A DNA stretch of 64,000 nucleotides from Octopus vulgaris (GCA_951406725.2 OX597815.1:99944001-100008000); one strand, 5' to 3'; shown: positions 1-14,313, counted from the stretch's first letter. The notes: a model not told the origin generated them from the letters alone. Numbers and translations are program-made.

Positions 1-1000
1 AATACGTTCTTTAACCGATATTTGTATTGTCTGATGGTACTTTCGATGTAGGATTCATAACTGAGTGACATGGTGGGCAAGTGAGATTCAACATAGTTTC
101 AGATCGGTTCAAGCTTTGTGAGTGAAACTGGATAGGTAGAAACTGTTTGAAAACCTGTCTTATAGATTGTACTTTTAAAAAAATGCCCAGATTTGTCAAA
201 CATTGATTCACGCTAATTCTGTAAGGGGATTACGTTAAGCACACACATATCTTCAGAATACTTAGCCAGTTAGACTCTTATTCTAATGAACATGTAGTTC
301 AGTTGATCAAACAACTGAATACTCATCATCCAAACTGACGGGAGAACCATCACCTTAAGTGTTTGTGCGTAAATGCAGGGAAGTATATTGAGGTACACCT
401 ATACAAATGGTATAACGTCATGCTTTGTTAGTGAATGAATGCATCTGTGTGTGTGTCTGGTTACTTATCAGTATGAACATGATTATGATTGTGTATGAGT
501 GTAGGTGTATGGGTGTATATGAGTTTCTCTTCAGAAATGCATTTGTGCCCCTGTATATGCGTATGTATTTGTTTATAATTTTATGTATATGCCGGTAAAT
601 GTAATTCTAATTATTTATTAGATATTATATATGGAAAAAGATACATAGCTGTATGTATGTATGTGTGTGTATGTGTGTGTACGTGTGTATTAGGTATTTG
701 TGTTTATATAATATATATACATATATATATATATGCAAACTGATATATAGAATATGTGTATGTATATATGTATGTATAGATAAAAAAGCTATGCGTGTAG
801 ACTGCTAAAAATAGAATTATATTCTCTTACATATAATATGCATATAGAGAATTGATTAAGTGGTGCACACATATATATAAAACGCATATATACGAACTTA
901 TAGGTCTTAGGAATGCTTATATATGCAAGATTTTTATATACAGATTGACGTATAGTTAGATAGAAAACTAGAAAACAGACAGACAAACTGACAGACAGAC

Positions 1001-1177
<177 letters not shown>

Positions 1178-2489
1178 AACAGGTACAGACTTCCAAATAA
1201 ATATCAAAAGTGTTTCATCGTGTTTATTGTAAATATGTCGTAAAGAAAAAGACCATCATCTATTACAGAAACTATCTGTATATTCCTTAAGAGAAAAAGC
1301 TTTAAATGATTTATCTCCAAAGAAGCTATAAAGTATCTGCTGACGGCCTAATATTTATTTTGTACAAACCTCACTGCTCCTTTCCTTAATAAAAATCGTA
1401 TGATATATTGGTCATTTGTTTTGATGCTAAATTAAGATACTGAATCATAGAAAGCATATCTCTTTCATCAACTGATAAACGGAACAGTTCAGAATTTACT
1501 AAAATCTCTAGAACCTTTGCTGACTATTATAATACCAGCATGTTCCTTGCTCAAGGTAACTGGCTTGATGGATTCCACTAGCTACCACCATACATCACAA
1601 ACCACGCCTCTAGACTCGTCGGCTTTCTTAATGACGCACAAAGCAGTTGCCTTTCCTCCTGGGTAACAACGTCCATTTTCCTGCATTGCCGCCCTCCTTG
1701 AGACATTAAGTTTGCACATCACACGTGACGGACAGTGTATTAAGCTAAAGATCAATGAACAGAATTTTAGTTGTGATATTTCACGCTGGGACTCACAGTT
1801 CGGGGGATTGACAATATCTTCCCATGCGATACCTCGAGAAAAAATACACTTTGGATTTATTTTGACCCGGTATATGAAATAAACCAAAGAAACAAAAATA
1901 AAGAATTCTATTAAAAAAAGAAAAAAGTCAGCAAAGAATGATAAGAGACGGAAATGAAGATATTGTAAATAGATTAACTTGATGAAATTGAGACGGGAAG
2001 AGAGGAAGAGGAATGGGGAGAAGAGAAGGAGAGACGAAGAGAAATAACCAAATAATATTCTAATGCCTAATCCTTACATTTTCTCATCTCTTTTTCTTTT
2101 CTTCTTAGGAATAGGTCAGTTTAATATTCATTACCACTTGAAAACGGAATGACTGAGTGGTTATAGAGATACTCTTCAATATCAGAGGTTATATGCTCAT
2201 ATCTTATTTCGTGAGTTCAATTATTTTTCTTTAGCTTTTACATGGTTCTACAGTGTTTCTTTTTTTCTTTGTTTTGTTAGATTTATTTAGCTAGAAATAA
2301 GACCGCGGATTTATCTGGATTCTGCGAAGCGTCAGCTGCGATAAAGCAGAATTTTATCGAAAGAGAGATGTGCCTAAAATCTTAAGTGAATTCTTCACAA
2401 ACTATAGCTAACTTCTTCCTTCATCTATGTATTAATGAACAGCCCTTTATTTGGTTTTATTCTGCTTTATTACTGTTGTTGTTGTGGGG

Positions 2490-4740
2490 GACCGAATCAC
2501 GCTTTTTTCTCTAGTCTGCGCGCCATCTTTACCGAGTCCTGATTAGCAAAGCAGGTATTGACAGGGGACGTCATCAAGAACTGATGACTGCTAGCCCTGA
2601 AAATGGCTATTGGATTAGAGTTGATAATATTTAGCAAGGAAAGAGAGATAGAGGAGTCTAGACAAACTCTAGTTAGGAACCTAGAGGAGTGGTTGAGGAA
2701 AGGGGTCGCGACCGAAGTCCTTGCGACGAGATTAATTCTTGACCAAGCCCCCATACGAATCACGAAGTTTGCATTATCAGAGCTTGGGCACGTGTTCTAA
2801 AAAATGAGGGAATAAAATCCGTTCGATGGGCTCCAGTGGCTGGCATCAAAGCCACAATGCAGTCTTCAACGAACCGAGAGCGACATGTGCTACCTTATTC
2901 TAAGCAGTATAGCATTTCAGCGGCACTCCGCTCAAATGTTCGGGGCAGGTGACGAGTCAGAAATGGAGATGGACCTTACAGCCCACTTCGACAGCTTGCT
3001 CCGGTTCTGACTAGGAATGCAGAGAAATGAATAAGGTTGATAACAGCTTGGAAGCGTCGCTGGGGTTGGGGCTGAGGCTGAATGGTCTTCCCTACGTGAC
3101 TTACTTTTATAAGCCATTTAGTGACCTCTTGGCAAATGTCTACGGTAACTGGAAACAGAGCGAGTGAATTCCTTGTCCTGTCAGCCGTGATGTAGTGGTC
3201 CTGTAGAGAAAAGCCTCTAAAATTGGAGCAGACTTCGATTATTTTAGGCCCTGATAAGTGCAGGGTTCTAGAATCAGCCAAGAGATTTGTACTACTCATT
3301 GGTGGTATTATCGGGGATGCGCAGGTAGATGTCATTCCAAAGTGGTCTATACATGATAAACCTCGCCTCACGCGATGCACTGTAGAAAAGGAACGTAAGT
3401 TAACTGGTATGAGTGAGATCAATTTAGATCAATCGAAAGCTTTCGATATGGTCGATCATCAATACTTAGCAGCTGTCCTCAAGACAATTGATTTCGAACC
3501 CGTCTTTAGAAGCAGTGATGTACAATATTTGTTCGATAGTCAGAGTAAATGACAATTCAGTATCAGGCCTTCGATTCGTCAAGGATGGTCCACTCTCCTC
3601 TTTTGTATGTACTGACTCTAGATCAACTACAGTAGAAGTTGGAGGTTTTGATGAATATACCACGAAATTTAGCATGCAGAAAATATATGTTAGCATATGC
3701 GGATGACATCACTGTAATAGTGTCACCAAACACGTCGAGGTGATCGGCACTACTCTAAGAGAATACGCGGCGGTGACCAGATCGAAAAGTAAGCAGAAGT
3801 ATTTGGGCTTGCAGCTCAACACCTGGAGTTTCAAGTCAAGACCCTCGAACAACGCCGTGGAACGCCGTACTGAGTAACCAGTTAAATTGCTTGGGGTTTG
3901 GTTTCTTCCAGACCACCAGATGGACAAGAAATGAGAAGAGGTGACGAGCAAGACGTCTGTTCTCAACCAAAAATCAGCCGAAAGTAAATTGTTTTTGAAA
4001 GGTCGAGTGGAGGTGGCGAATGCCTACATCACATCTATTCATTGCCATTGTGCCTTGTCCCGCTTCATGGCTGACCAGGATAGAATGCCTGCTCTTCCGC
4101 TTTCTGGGTAAGCGACTTGGTCTGCTGTACAGACGGTCCATTTACAGTCAACATGCTCTGCGTGGAAAACTGAGCATACCGTGCCTAATGATGCGTAGAC
4201 AGTCCCTGAGGTTACGGCATCTCCAGTGTTTCCTTGGCGGTGGACAGGTGTGATCACCGTTTCCCAGATATATTTTTCCTCAACTCGTCTCTTTAACAGA
4301 GCTGCAGTCATGGACCAAGCATAGACCGAAGGCAGCGAGCTTCGCACCTAGAGTGTCATTAGGTGTTCACAAGCTTCTTTTAATAGTCGAGCAATGTGGT
4401 CAGTGGATGTTCATGGCATTTCATAAAGGATTAATTGTGGGTAAGATTGATGATGATCTCAGGGAAACTCTGGGCATCGAGGAAAATCAACAAGCTGGTC
4501 TTTTTCCAGAGGACCTTCAGGCCGGGGCCCATGGATAATTTCTAGAAGCGACATTCCCGTTTCAGGATAAACTCTACAAGCATGGCAGTGCCGTTAGTCG
4601 GGTCTGCCCTAAATGCAGAGAGACGAAACTGTTCATTACACACACGTACAACGACCAAGAATTGCTGACTTGTGGAGTTAGCACTCCGGACCATCAGGGT
4701 GATTTGGAATCTGTAGGATTCCTTGGTCGCCCCCAAGGAA
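2490..4740 (+). mobile_element. Degenerate Tx1/L1-clade non-LTR retrotransposon ORF2 (RT and C-terminal region)
   Basis: INLDQSKAFDMVDHQYLAAVL (ORF 3223-3552), an RQG.PLS-like stretch near 3575 and AYADDI near 3693; many frameshifts and stops. The distal part resembles the younger element at 41019-42180. Confidence 0.85.
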
Positions 4741-4819
4741 TTATTGCTATAATTTTCGGGTTATAGTTTTTATCGCAAATTCCCACTGTCCTTTCCAGTT
4801 GTGTTGTCTTAAATGCTTT

Positions 4820-4852
4820 TTATTATCATCATCATCGTCGTCGTCGTCGTCG

Positions 4853-4940
<88 letters not shown>

Positions 4941-4957
4941 CATTATGATTATTATTA
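4820..4957. repeat. Compound (ATC)/(GTC)/(ATT)n microsatellite
   Basis: Direct reading. Confidence 0.95.
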
Positions 4958-4958
4958 T

Positions 4959-5363
4959 GGAGGCAGCGAGCTGGCAGAATCGTTAGCATGCTGGGCGAAA
5001 TGCTTAGCGGTATTTCGTCTGCCGCTACATTCTGAGTTCAAATTCCGCCGAGGTCGACTTTGCCTTTCATCCTTTCGAGGTCGATTTTAATAAGTACCAG
5101 TTACGGACCGGGGTCGATATAATCGACTTAATCCGTTAGTCTGTCCTTGTTTGTCCTCTCTGTGTTTAGCCCTTTGTGGGTAATAAAGAAATAGAAATAG
5201 GCATTTCGCCCGTCGCTGCGTTCTCAGTTCAAATTCCACCGAGGTCAACTTTGCCATTTATCCTTTCGGGTCAATGAATTAAGTGCCAGTGAAAGACAGC
5301 GGTCGATGTAATCGACTAGTCCCTTTCTCTAAAATTTCAGGCCTTGTGCCTACATTAGAAAGG

Positions 5364-5365
<2 letters not shown>
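4959..5365 (+). mobile_element. SINE family A, dimeric copy
   Basis: Head GGCRGCGAGCTGGCAGAA, B-box-like GAGTTCAAATTCC, core GCCTTTCATCCTTTCG.GGTCGA; the core occurs twice and the copy is flanked by (ATT)n. Confidence 0.9.
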
Positions 5366-5423
<58 letters not shown>

Positions 5424-6338
5424 TTCATCATCATTGTGTTTCTATTTTAAGCAGTAATTAATAATTGGAAGAGAATCAGGCTGAGAAACTTTCATCTGAA
5501 GGATACTGAATAAATCAAAACGAACTTTATCGACTTTTGACTACGAAAACTATATAATCCAGCAGTTTATAATTACTGTAAAGCTGCATTGATCCGGACC
5601 TGGGCATATGTCCATATTTCCTGTGAAATATTTACGTAAAGTTATTCCCTATTTGAGAAAACACGACAAATGTCATCCAACATTATCAATAATTCACTTA
5701 GGCTGCACATTTTATACCCTTTCTTAAAGACAATGCCATTTAACCAGACAACATTCGATATTTAACTTCCAAATGTATACGTTCCATACACGTAATTCAT
5801 GTCCAATTCACTTAGGGTTTAAAAATCACTGACGTATTTGTTCACTTTATTGAATTCTCTCTATCCTATTTATTTATTATTATACAAGCCAATTTCTGAG
5901 TCAAACAAATTCAATATTGAACTGATGCCAACCTAACCTCACTCTTTGTTTCATAGGCGTATGTTTCCCATTGTTCCATTGATTAGTAGAATTATCAAGT
6001 AAGCAAACAGAAAGTTCTTCCTTCTTCCGTATATTTCACATAAGAGACCAAGCTCTTTCTCTTTGTCCGCTTACGGAAATCTTAAAACTATAGTTCCAAT
6101 GGACAGAACTTTTCATCAAAGTGACGTGAATGGTGGTGGATTCAATGTAATTGTTGCTGTTGTTTTCTCTTGTAGTTGTCTTTTTTTTTTATTGGATGTT
6201 TTATCTAGAAATGATAATTTGTAACAGAGAAGAAGACTATGATTTGAAGAATATAGAGTTGGAATATCTTGTACTTATTTTGATCTACGCTGAATGGCTA
6301 ATTGGTGATCGGAGATAGATGCGTCGGCGATTTTCTAT

Positions 6339-6620
6339 GGAGCAGCGGCAGCGGCGGCAGCGGCGGCAGCGGCGGCAGCGGCGGCAGCGGCGGCAGCGGC
6401 GGGCAGCGGCGGCAGCGGCGGCAGCGGCGGCAGCGGCGGCAGCGGCGGGGCGGCGGCGGGGCGGGGCGCGGCGGCAGCGGCGGCAGCGGCGGCGGGGAAG
6501 CGGCGGGGAACGGCGAGGCAGGCGGGAGGAGCGGCGGCGGCGCGGCGCAGCGGCGGCAGCGGCGGCAGCGGCGGTAGCGGCGGCGGTCGTGGTGGTGGTG
6601 GTGGTGGTGGTGGTGGTGGC
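6339..6620. repeat. GC-rich (GGCGGCAGC)n minisatellite grading into (GGT)n
   Basis: Direct reading; almost only G/C with periodic A. Confidence 0.9.
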
Positions 6621-7272
6621 GGTGTCGACGATGGTGAAAGATTGTCATTGAGTCAGTTTTGTTTGATATAAAACCGATGATGTTGAAAGAACGGTACAAC
6701 GACGGCGAATACTTATTCTGCTGAGATTGACGATAAATTGCAGAAGCAGCAGCAAACAACAAACACAAAAAAAAACCAAACCTGAGAAACTAACTGTTAG
6801 ATACAACTGTAAATTTCTAACGTATAACTACGATTAGTTGGAGTTAAATCTAATTAGGACAACCGACATTTGGTTATAGAAATCTAAAAGAGTAAAGAAT
6901 GGATCGAATTAAAAATCATCACAAGATGCTCAGTATGATAGCGGAGGAGGGCAATTGGTTAAGCATGAAAAGTTCACAGCAAGGTAATTTTGAAATGACA
7001 AAGCTAATTTTGAAATGACAAAGCTATAAACGGAGGAGGGAGGAGGAGGAGGACAACGACGACGACGACGACAACACGTCGGATTTGAAAAAAATCCATC
7101 GAAAATTCAGAAAGTACGTAATACTAAAACCAATCAAGAATAAAAGTTTAATTCTACAATAGCGAAAATGGATTTCATTTCTTGTCATCTGAGGTAAATC
7201 TAAAATCTTGTATCTTTTCAGTAATGTCAGATTGCTTTTGTTTTTTGCCTTATGATAAAGTTTATCGTATTC

Positions 7273-7340
<68 letters not shown>

Positions 7341-7358
7341 GTTCAACTAATAAAATAT

Positions 7359-7911
7359 TAGAAATATTAAAATTACTAAGTCTCTCTAAAGGAGATTACG
7401 GCAGCGTTACTGGATATTAATAGTTATCGCCATACTAATATGGTAGTCTATAAATATAAGACTAAAGCTGTCGCTGATTAGCTCCAAGAGGCCATCGCCT
7501 CTAGCTAGCTATTTGACACACGAACCTGCGTCCATTACAAACCTTCGAACAGGGGAGGTCAGCCGCTTCACATTGCTAGTCAGACATCTGCAGACATGTT
7601 TTAGGGTTGTTGCCCTTTATCAATGCTGCGTAGTCAGATCCGCAGGTGTCGCTACTGACCGTCTGTTCGAAGATTTTATTTACCTAGTTACAGTGGAATA
7701 CGTCCACTTGTTTTCAATAATAGAAATATTAAAATTACTAAGTCTCTCTAAAGGAGATTACGGCAGCGTTACTGGATATTAATAGTTATCGCCATACTAA
7801 TATGTTCGAAGGTTTGTAATGGACGCAGGTTCGTGTGTCAAATAGCTAGCTAGAGGCGATGGCCTCTTGGAGCTAATCAGCGACAGCTTTAGTTTTATAT
7901 TTATAGACTAC
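7359..7911. repeat. A-B-C-A-B' direct plus inverted repeat module with a decayed hammerhead in C (Penelope-end-like)
   Basis: 7359-7442 = 7721-7804 (84 bp identical); 7443-7550 is the reverse complement of 7804-7911 (108 bp, 1 mismatch). Confidence 0.9.
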
Positions 7912-8778
7912 GCTTTCAACCCCAGGTCTGCTTCAGGTCTGTCTCGTTGGTTAAATGATTAAACAACTGACTAGTAAAAATGAAAGAAGTGAAATACAAC
8001 CAGTGCGTGTGTTTATTATTGACATATGACCCTCCCGAGGTATAAGTAAATTTGCATCAACACACAAGTTCACATTAAAATGTTGCTCGAAACCAAACGC
8101 GAAAGCGAAATGGTGTTTTATATACCTTGACAAAGATGGTAATAATAGACCAAATATAGGTAAAGCAACCAGTTTTTGACCATAGGTTAAACAACATCGA
8201 CGTTATATGAAAATATGCCTGCTTTAAGCATATTGTTATATAACGCCCTTCAACGGAAAATTCAACAAGCAAAATGCAAAATATTTGGCAGACAGAAAAA
8301 TTACGAAATAATATCTTGCTTATAGGAGATGCATATTATTGCTCCTTTTTCTCTTGTTATTGTTGTTGCTGTTGTTGATGTTGTTGTTGTTGCTGCTGCT
8401 GCTGTTGTTGTGTAGTTTCAGAATGTTTTCGCTATAATAGCAGCCTCACAATACTCTACGGGTTAATTGGAGAAAAAGCTTTAAAGTGTGGTGTGAAGAG
8501 AAGATCTATGTAAAGGATTAACACCCTCGTCTTACTAACTGACACGTGTATACGTGTATAGACTATGTTCTGGCCAATTTCTTTCTCTCCCTCCCTCTCC
8601 ACCTTCTTGTCTTGCCAAATTTACGGCTATATACGCGTGTGTTTGCTTGAGAGTATGAGTGTATATGTACGCATACGCACACATGCACACACACACACGC
8701 ACACACGCACGCATATATATATATACAATATGATACATATGCAGATATATGTTTGTGTGTGTGTATACATATATATAA

Positions 8779-8830
<52 letters not shown>

Positions 8831-8842
8831 AAATATACATAC

Positions 8843-8883
<41 letters not shown>

Positions 8884-9916
8884 CATGTGTGCGTGAATGT
8901 GTGTATGTGTGTGTGCGCCCCGCGCGTGTAAGAGAGTAGTTCGATCTGAAAAGATCCCGCACAGGAAGTTTGTAAGCATTAAGCATGTATACAGCTTGTA
9001 TAGATGAGAAAAAGCCGATAGTATACAAAGAAAGTTTAAGAACTGGCCTATGTCATACACTTCGTCCTATATCGAAATAGATGGAAATTTCAATAAGCTG
9101 ACAGCCACCGTACAGCTCATGATGCATCAAATAAACTTGCTAATTAGTCAAATATAAATTAAGGAGAGTAAAGTAATGAAAAGATGAATAAAGACTACAT
9201 ATGTTTCAAAGCTAAGCTTAATGCTTTACATAACTCATAACACATACAAAAATACTTGACCATATAAGTGAGATGTATTAAGTTTAGCTTTGAAGGAACT
9301 GTCATCTTTACCTCGATTGTTCTTTACACACTTTAGCATATATGTATGTATATATGCATATATATTTTTATGTATATATGTACGTATCTTAAGTATGACT
9401 TTAAGCTGCACCTAGTAGTGTTGCACTTTCGAGATTTCCAGCCTTCGAGAAGTGGGGAACCACTTCTAAAGCACTATTGTTCCCAGATCTGTTTTGACCC
9501 AAAGTAGTAGCACCACTCAGGACCGCAGTTATGGGTTAACTAGCATATGTGATGACAATCCATCTGAGCATGAGGCCGCAGAATGACGTAGAAATACACT
9601 TGTTTGGTATCAAATGATACAGTAAAACCATCGGATAAGGGACTCCTAAATGTTTCAACAGCGTCCTTCTATGGGAGGCATACTCTGATGTAAATCCTAC
9701 GGTTCCCTGTGATTAGTGGTCGTCTCATTTCGGCCTATCACATGTTAATGATCACAGAGACTCATAGAAGGGTACTTGTGCTGTACAAGCGTTTATCACT
9801 TTTTGTTTTCTTTATAAGACAAAGAGAGGGAGAAAGAGCAGTTAAAGCCGCTATCGGCCCAGCGACAGATTAGAAAGCGTGTTTCTTACTTTTATACTCA
9901 CACACACACATACATT

Positions 9917-10003
9917 ATGTATGTATGTATGTATGTATGTATGTATGTATGTATGTATGTATGTATGTATGAATGTATGTATGTATGTATGTATGTATGT
10001 ATG

Positions 10004-10032
<29 letters not shown>
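9917..10032. repeat. (ATGT)n microsatellite
   Basis: Direct reading. Confidence 0.95.
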
Positions 10033-10034
<2 letters not shown>

Positions 10035-10422
10035 GCACAGGAGTGGCTATGTGGTAAGTAACTTGTTTACCAACCTACCGACCACATGGTTCCGGGTTCA
10101 GTCCTTGGGCTAGTAGTGCCTTCTACTATAGCCTCGAGCAGACCGAAGCCTTGCGAGTGGGTTTGGTAGCCAGAAGCTGAATGAAGTCAGTCTTATATAT
10201 ATACGTTTATATATTTGTGTCTGTGTTTGTACACCCATTCGACTGTCGCTTGACAACCGATTTTGGTGTGTTTACGTCCCCGTAAATTAGCGGTTCGGCA
10301 AAAGAGACCGATAGAAAAGTACTAGGCTTACAAAGAATTAGTCCTGGGGTCGATATGTTCGACTAAAGGCGGTGCTCCAGCATGGCTCCAGTCAAATGAC
10401 TGAAACAAACACAAGAATAAAA
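10035..10422 (+). mobile_element. tRNA-headed SINE family C, near full length
   Basis: A-box-like TGGCTATGTGG, B-box-like GGTTCAGTCC, internal TA tract, tail GGCGGTGCTCCAGCATGGC..CAGTCAAATGACTGAAAC; several other copies in the window. Confidence 0.88.
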
Positions 10423-10675
10423 ATATGTATACATACATACATATATGCATAAATACAGAATCGAGGATCATATGCGCTCATACGTGTAGAGTGTCTATGT
10501 ATATTTTTACGTAGAGGGTTCTATGGATGTTCGTACACGCATACGAATGTGAGCACATGTATGTGAGAAACAGATAGATGGAGAGATATCTAGAAAGATA
10601 GATAGACTGTTAGCCACTCACTGACGAAACTATGCGTGTTCAGTACTAGCATGAATGAACCGTTACAAATACAGG

Positions 10676-10729
<54 letters not shown>

Positions 10730-10815
10730 TGCTTGCATGCATATACATGTATTTATATGCATATATATAATTGTAGATGCACATATATATATACACACAC
10801 ACACACATATATATC

Positions 10816-11019
<204 letters not shown>

Positions 11020-11031
11020 GTATGTATATAT

Positions 11032-11067
<36 letters not shown>

Positions 11068-11073
11068 TATATG

Positions 11074-11161
<88 letters not shown>

Positions 11162-11165
11162 CAGA

Positions 11166-11239
<74 letters not shown>

Positions 11240-11841
11240 TACACATATGTGTGTGCACGTATATACATACATATGCACATATATTCATATATGCATGTGT
11301 ATATGAATATAGCTATATATCCACTACTCAAACAGAAGGAAGCGTATAGGGGTGCCGGAGAGCAGCAGCAGCAGCGTTAATAATGCAGTAATAAGATGTG
11401 ACCACTACTCCCAACCGGAAATGTTCTCAACACATCCTGCTGGATGGAAATTCCATTAAGGCAAGTATGTCGCCATCGCTGACGATGTTGGTGTTAATGA
11501 TACCCTCACCTTCACGGGGGTGCCGCTAGAGCCGGCTAGAAATAACAGTCAAATCTACTTCAAACAACCACCCTACCGTCTTTTAAAAGCCACATAAGAT
11601 CATTTTGTCCAGAGTAGATTAATCCAGGAGAAATGGCGGCATGATCGTCATTGTTAGAATCGCCTTTGATTATGGGTTTTGCCAACCAGCCACTTGCGGT
11701 TAATTAGTAGAATCGTTAGTAGGACGGTTACAATACCTTGCGGTATTCGTTCTGGATCTTTGTGTTCTAGGTTCAAATCTCATGCAGGTTACACCTTTTC
11801 AGGTCCATAAATAAATTGCCTGTCCAGTACTGGTTTTGTTC

Positions 11842-11872
<31 letters not shown>

Positions 11873-12195
11873 CTTTCTCTCTCTCTCCCTGTCTCTCTCT
11901 CTCACTCTCTCTTTCTCTCTTTCTTCGTAGATTGTAATTGTAACTCGGCGATCCAGCTTTGTCTCAGACTTTGTTACGCTGATTATGTCTAACAATTACG
12001 TTAAAAATTAACTTGTCCGTGGAATATTCGACCGCTTACATAATTTCACTAGCAGGAATTCAGCTGATCGAACAGTTGCGTGCTTGTTCATCCTCGAAGC
12101 TGACGGAGAACCCGACAGTAATCAATTATAACCTACCTCGTACTAATCAACAGCAACAAAACGAAAAACAAAATAAAACCCCACGAGTTTTGACC

Positions 12196-12323
12196 AGCTA
12201 GAAATAACAGCCAAACTTCTATTAAAACTCGTGTATCGTCTTAAAAGTGATGCCTTGCCACGGCTGAAAAGCTTTTGATCATAGGTTGGTTCAATCAGGA
12301 CTGACCTGGGGCTAAACAACAAC
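12196..12323 (+). mobile_element. Short interspersed repeat family D (GCTAGAAATAACAG...GGGCTAAACAACAAC)
   Basis: Diverged relatives at about 11532-11690 (+), 39000-39180 (-) and 59246-59430 (+). Confidence 0.6.
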
Positions 12324-13440
12324 ATCTATTGCAGCAACAATTTCATTAATTCACATCTTTTGTCTTTTTTTCGAAAAAAATCGATATTAACACGTCAATT
12401 ATCTCCCCATTAATTAATGACAGATACACACACACACATACACAGACATAGACACGCATACTCACATATGCGTATACACACATACACATGCGTATGTATA
12501 AATGCATTCACACTTACATAGACATACACATACACACACTTTATCTGTGTGCTTTTCACTTGGTTTTTGTATTTCTTTTTCTTTCTCTTCTTATTCTTCT
12601 TTTCATTATAGTTCTTATGATCCTTCGTCATCCTCTCCTTCCTCTTCTTCTTCTTCCCCTCTTCCTCCTCCTCCTCCTGTCCTCTACCTTCTGCTCCTTC
12701 CACTTCTTCTCCTCTTCCTCCTCCTCCTGTCCTGTACCTCTTCCTCCTCCTCATCCTCCTCCTCATCCTACTACTACTACCACAACCACCACCACCACCA
12801 CCACCACCACCACTAATACTACTACCTCTTATTTTGTTACCTTCTGTTTCGTGTTTTTTTTAATTTTGTGACTGCGCTTCTCCCTAATTCATCAGAAGAT
12901 GCATCAATCCAACATAATCATCATTATCATCATCATCATCATCGTCGTCGTCGTCGTCGTCATCATCCCCATCTCCATCATGACGACCGTCATCGTCAAA
13001 ATTACTATCATCAATATCCTCCTCCTCCTCCTCTTCCTCCTCCTCCTCCTCCTCATCATCATCATCATCATATGCTTCATCACCCGCAGCGTCATCATCA
13101 TTGCCATTACATTATTAATTCCCTTTCCTCCTACTCCCACCCCTCTCATTCTTCTCATCCTCCTCTCCTCCTCAAAATCACCATCACCATCAACACCACA
13201 ATCTTCATAAACATCATCAACCTTGCATATCCGTCAAATTCACAGGTGAAACTTCAAACGCCGTCAATCATCCATTCCTATTTATCATTGAGGCATTGTT
13301 TCGCCTCTTAATGCTGTCGCTGTGCTTGTTGTATGGCCTCCTTGACACTGTAGTAGTCGTAATTTTTGTTGTTAAGTCTTGCATGATTATTGCTGCGATT
13401 GTTGTATCCAGCTTGTGATCGTATTAATTGCAGTTGTCAA

Positions 13441-14076
13441 GGCGGCGAGCTGGCAGAAACGTTAGCACGCCGAGCGAAATGCTTAGCGGTATTTCGTCTG
13501 TCTTCGTGTTCTGAGTTCAAGTTTCGGCGAGGTTGACTTTGCTTTTCATCCTTTCGGGGTCGATAAATTAAGTACCAGTTGCGTACTGGGGTCGATGTAA
13601 TCGACTTAATCCCTTTTGTCCTTGTTTGTCCCCTCTATGTTTAGCCCCTTGTGGGCAATAAGGAAATAAGAAACGTTAGCACGCCGGGCGAAATGCTTAA
13701 TGGTATTTCGTCTGTCTTTATGCTCTGAGTTCAAATTCTTCCGAGTTCGACTTTGCCTTTCATCCTTTCGGGGTCGATAAATTAAGTACCAGTTACGCAC
13801 CGGGGTCGATGGAATCGACTTAATCCTGCCCTTGTTTATCCCCTCTATGTTTAGCCCCTTGTGGGCAATAAAGAAATAAGAAACGTTAGCACACCGGGCA
13901 AAATACTTAGCGACATTTCGACCATCTTTAGATTCTGAGCTCAAATTTCGCCGAGTTCGACTTTGCCTTTTATCCTTTAGGGGTCGATAAAATAAGTACT
14001 AATTGCGTACTGGGTTCGGTGTAATCGATTAAGCCCCTGCCCCTAGATTCCAGGCCTTGTGCCTATAGTAGAAAGG
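13441..14076 (+). mobile_element. SINE family A, trimeric copy with 15-bp TSD
   Basis: Three tandem core units; ATTAATTGCAGTTGT at 13423-13437 and 14077-14091. Confidence 0.92.
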
Positions 14077-14313
14077 ATTAATTGCAGTTGTTGCTTTATT
14101 GTTGGGCCTTGCGCTCTTGTTGTAATTGTAGTAGTTCTTTCATTTTGGTTGTTGCCGTCTCGTTGTGACTCTCGTTATACTGAGTAATACTGGATTATTT
14201 CAGTTGTTGTTTCTGTTGCTGATGTCGATGGAGTTATCGATGTTGCTATTGTTATAGTTGTTGTAGTGGTCGTCATCACTTTAACCGTAATGACAGGGAA
14301 TTGTGAAATTTGA

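Noticed and set aside
1582-1887. 101-aa ORF in non-repetitive sequence as a host exon
   Set aside because: No recognisable domain or convincing splice sites; cannot be supported without homology or RNA data.
13441-14076. Regularly spaced repeats resembling a CRISPR array
   Set aside because: Units are about 210-bp SINE monomers with no unique spacers; eukaryotic context and no cas genes.
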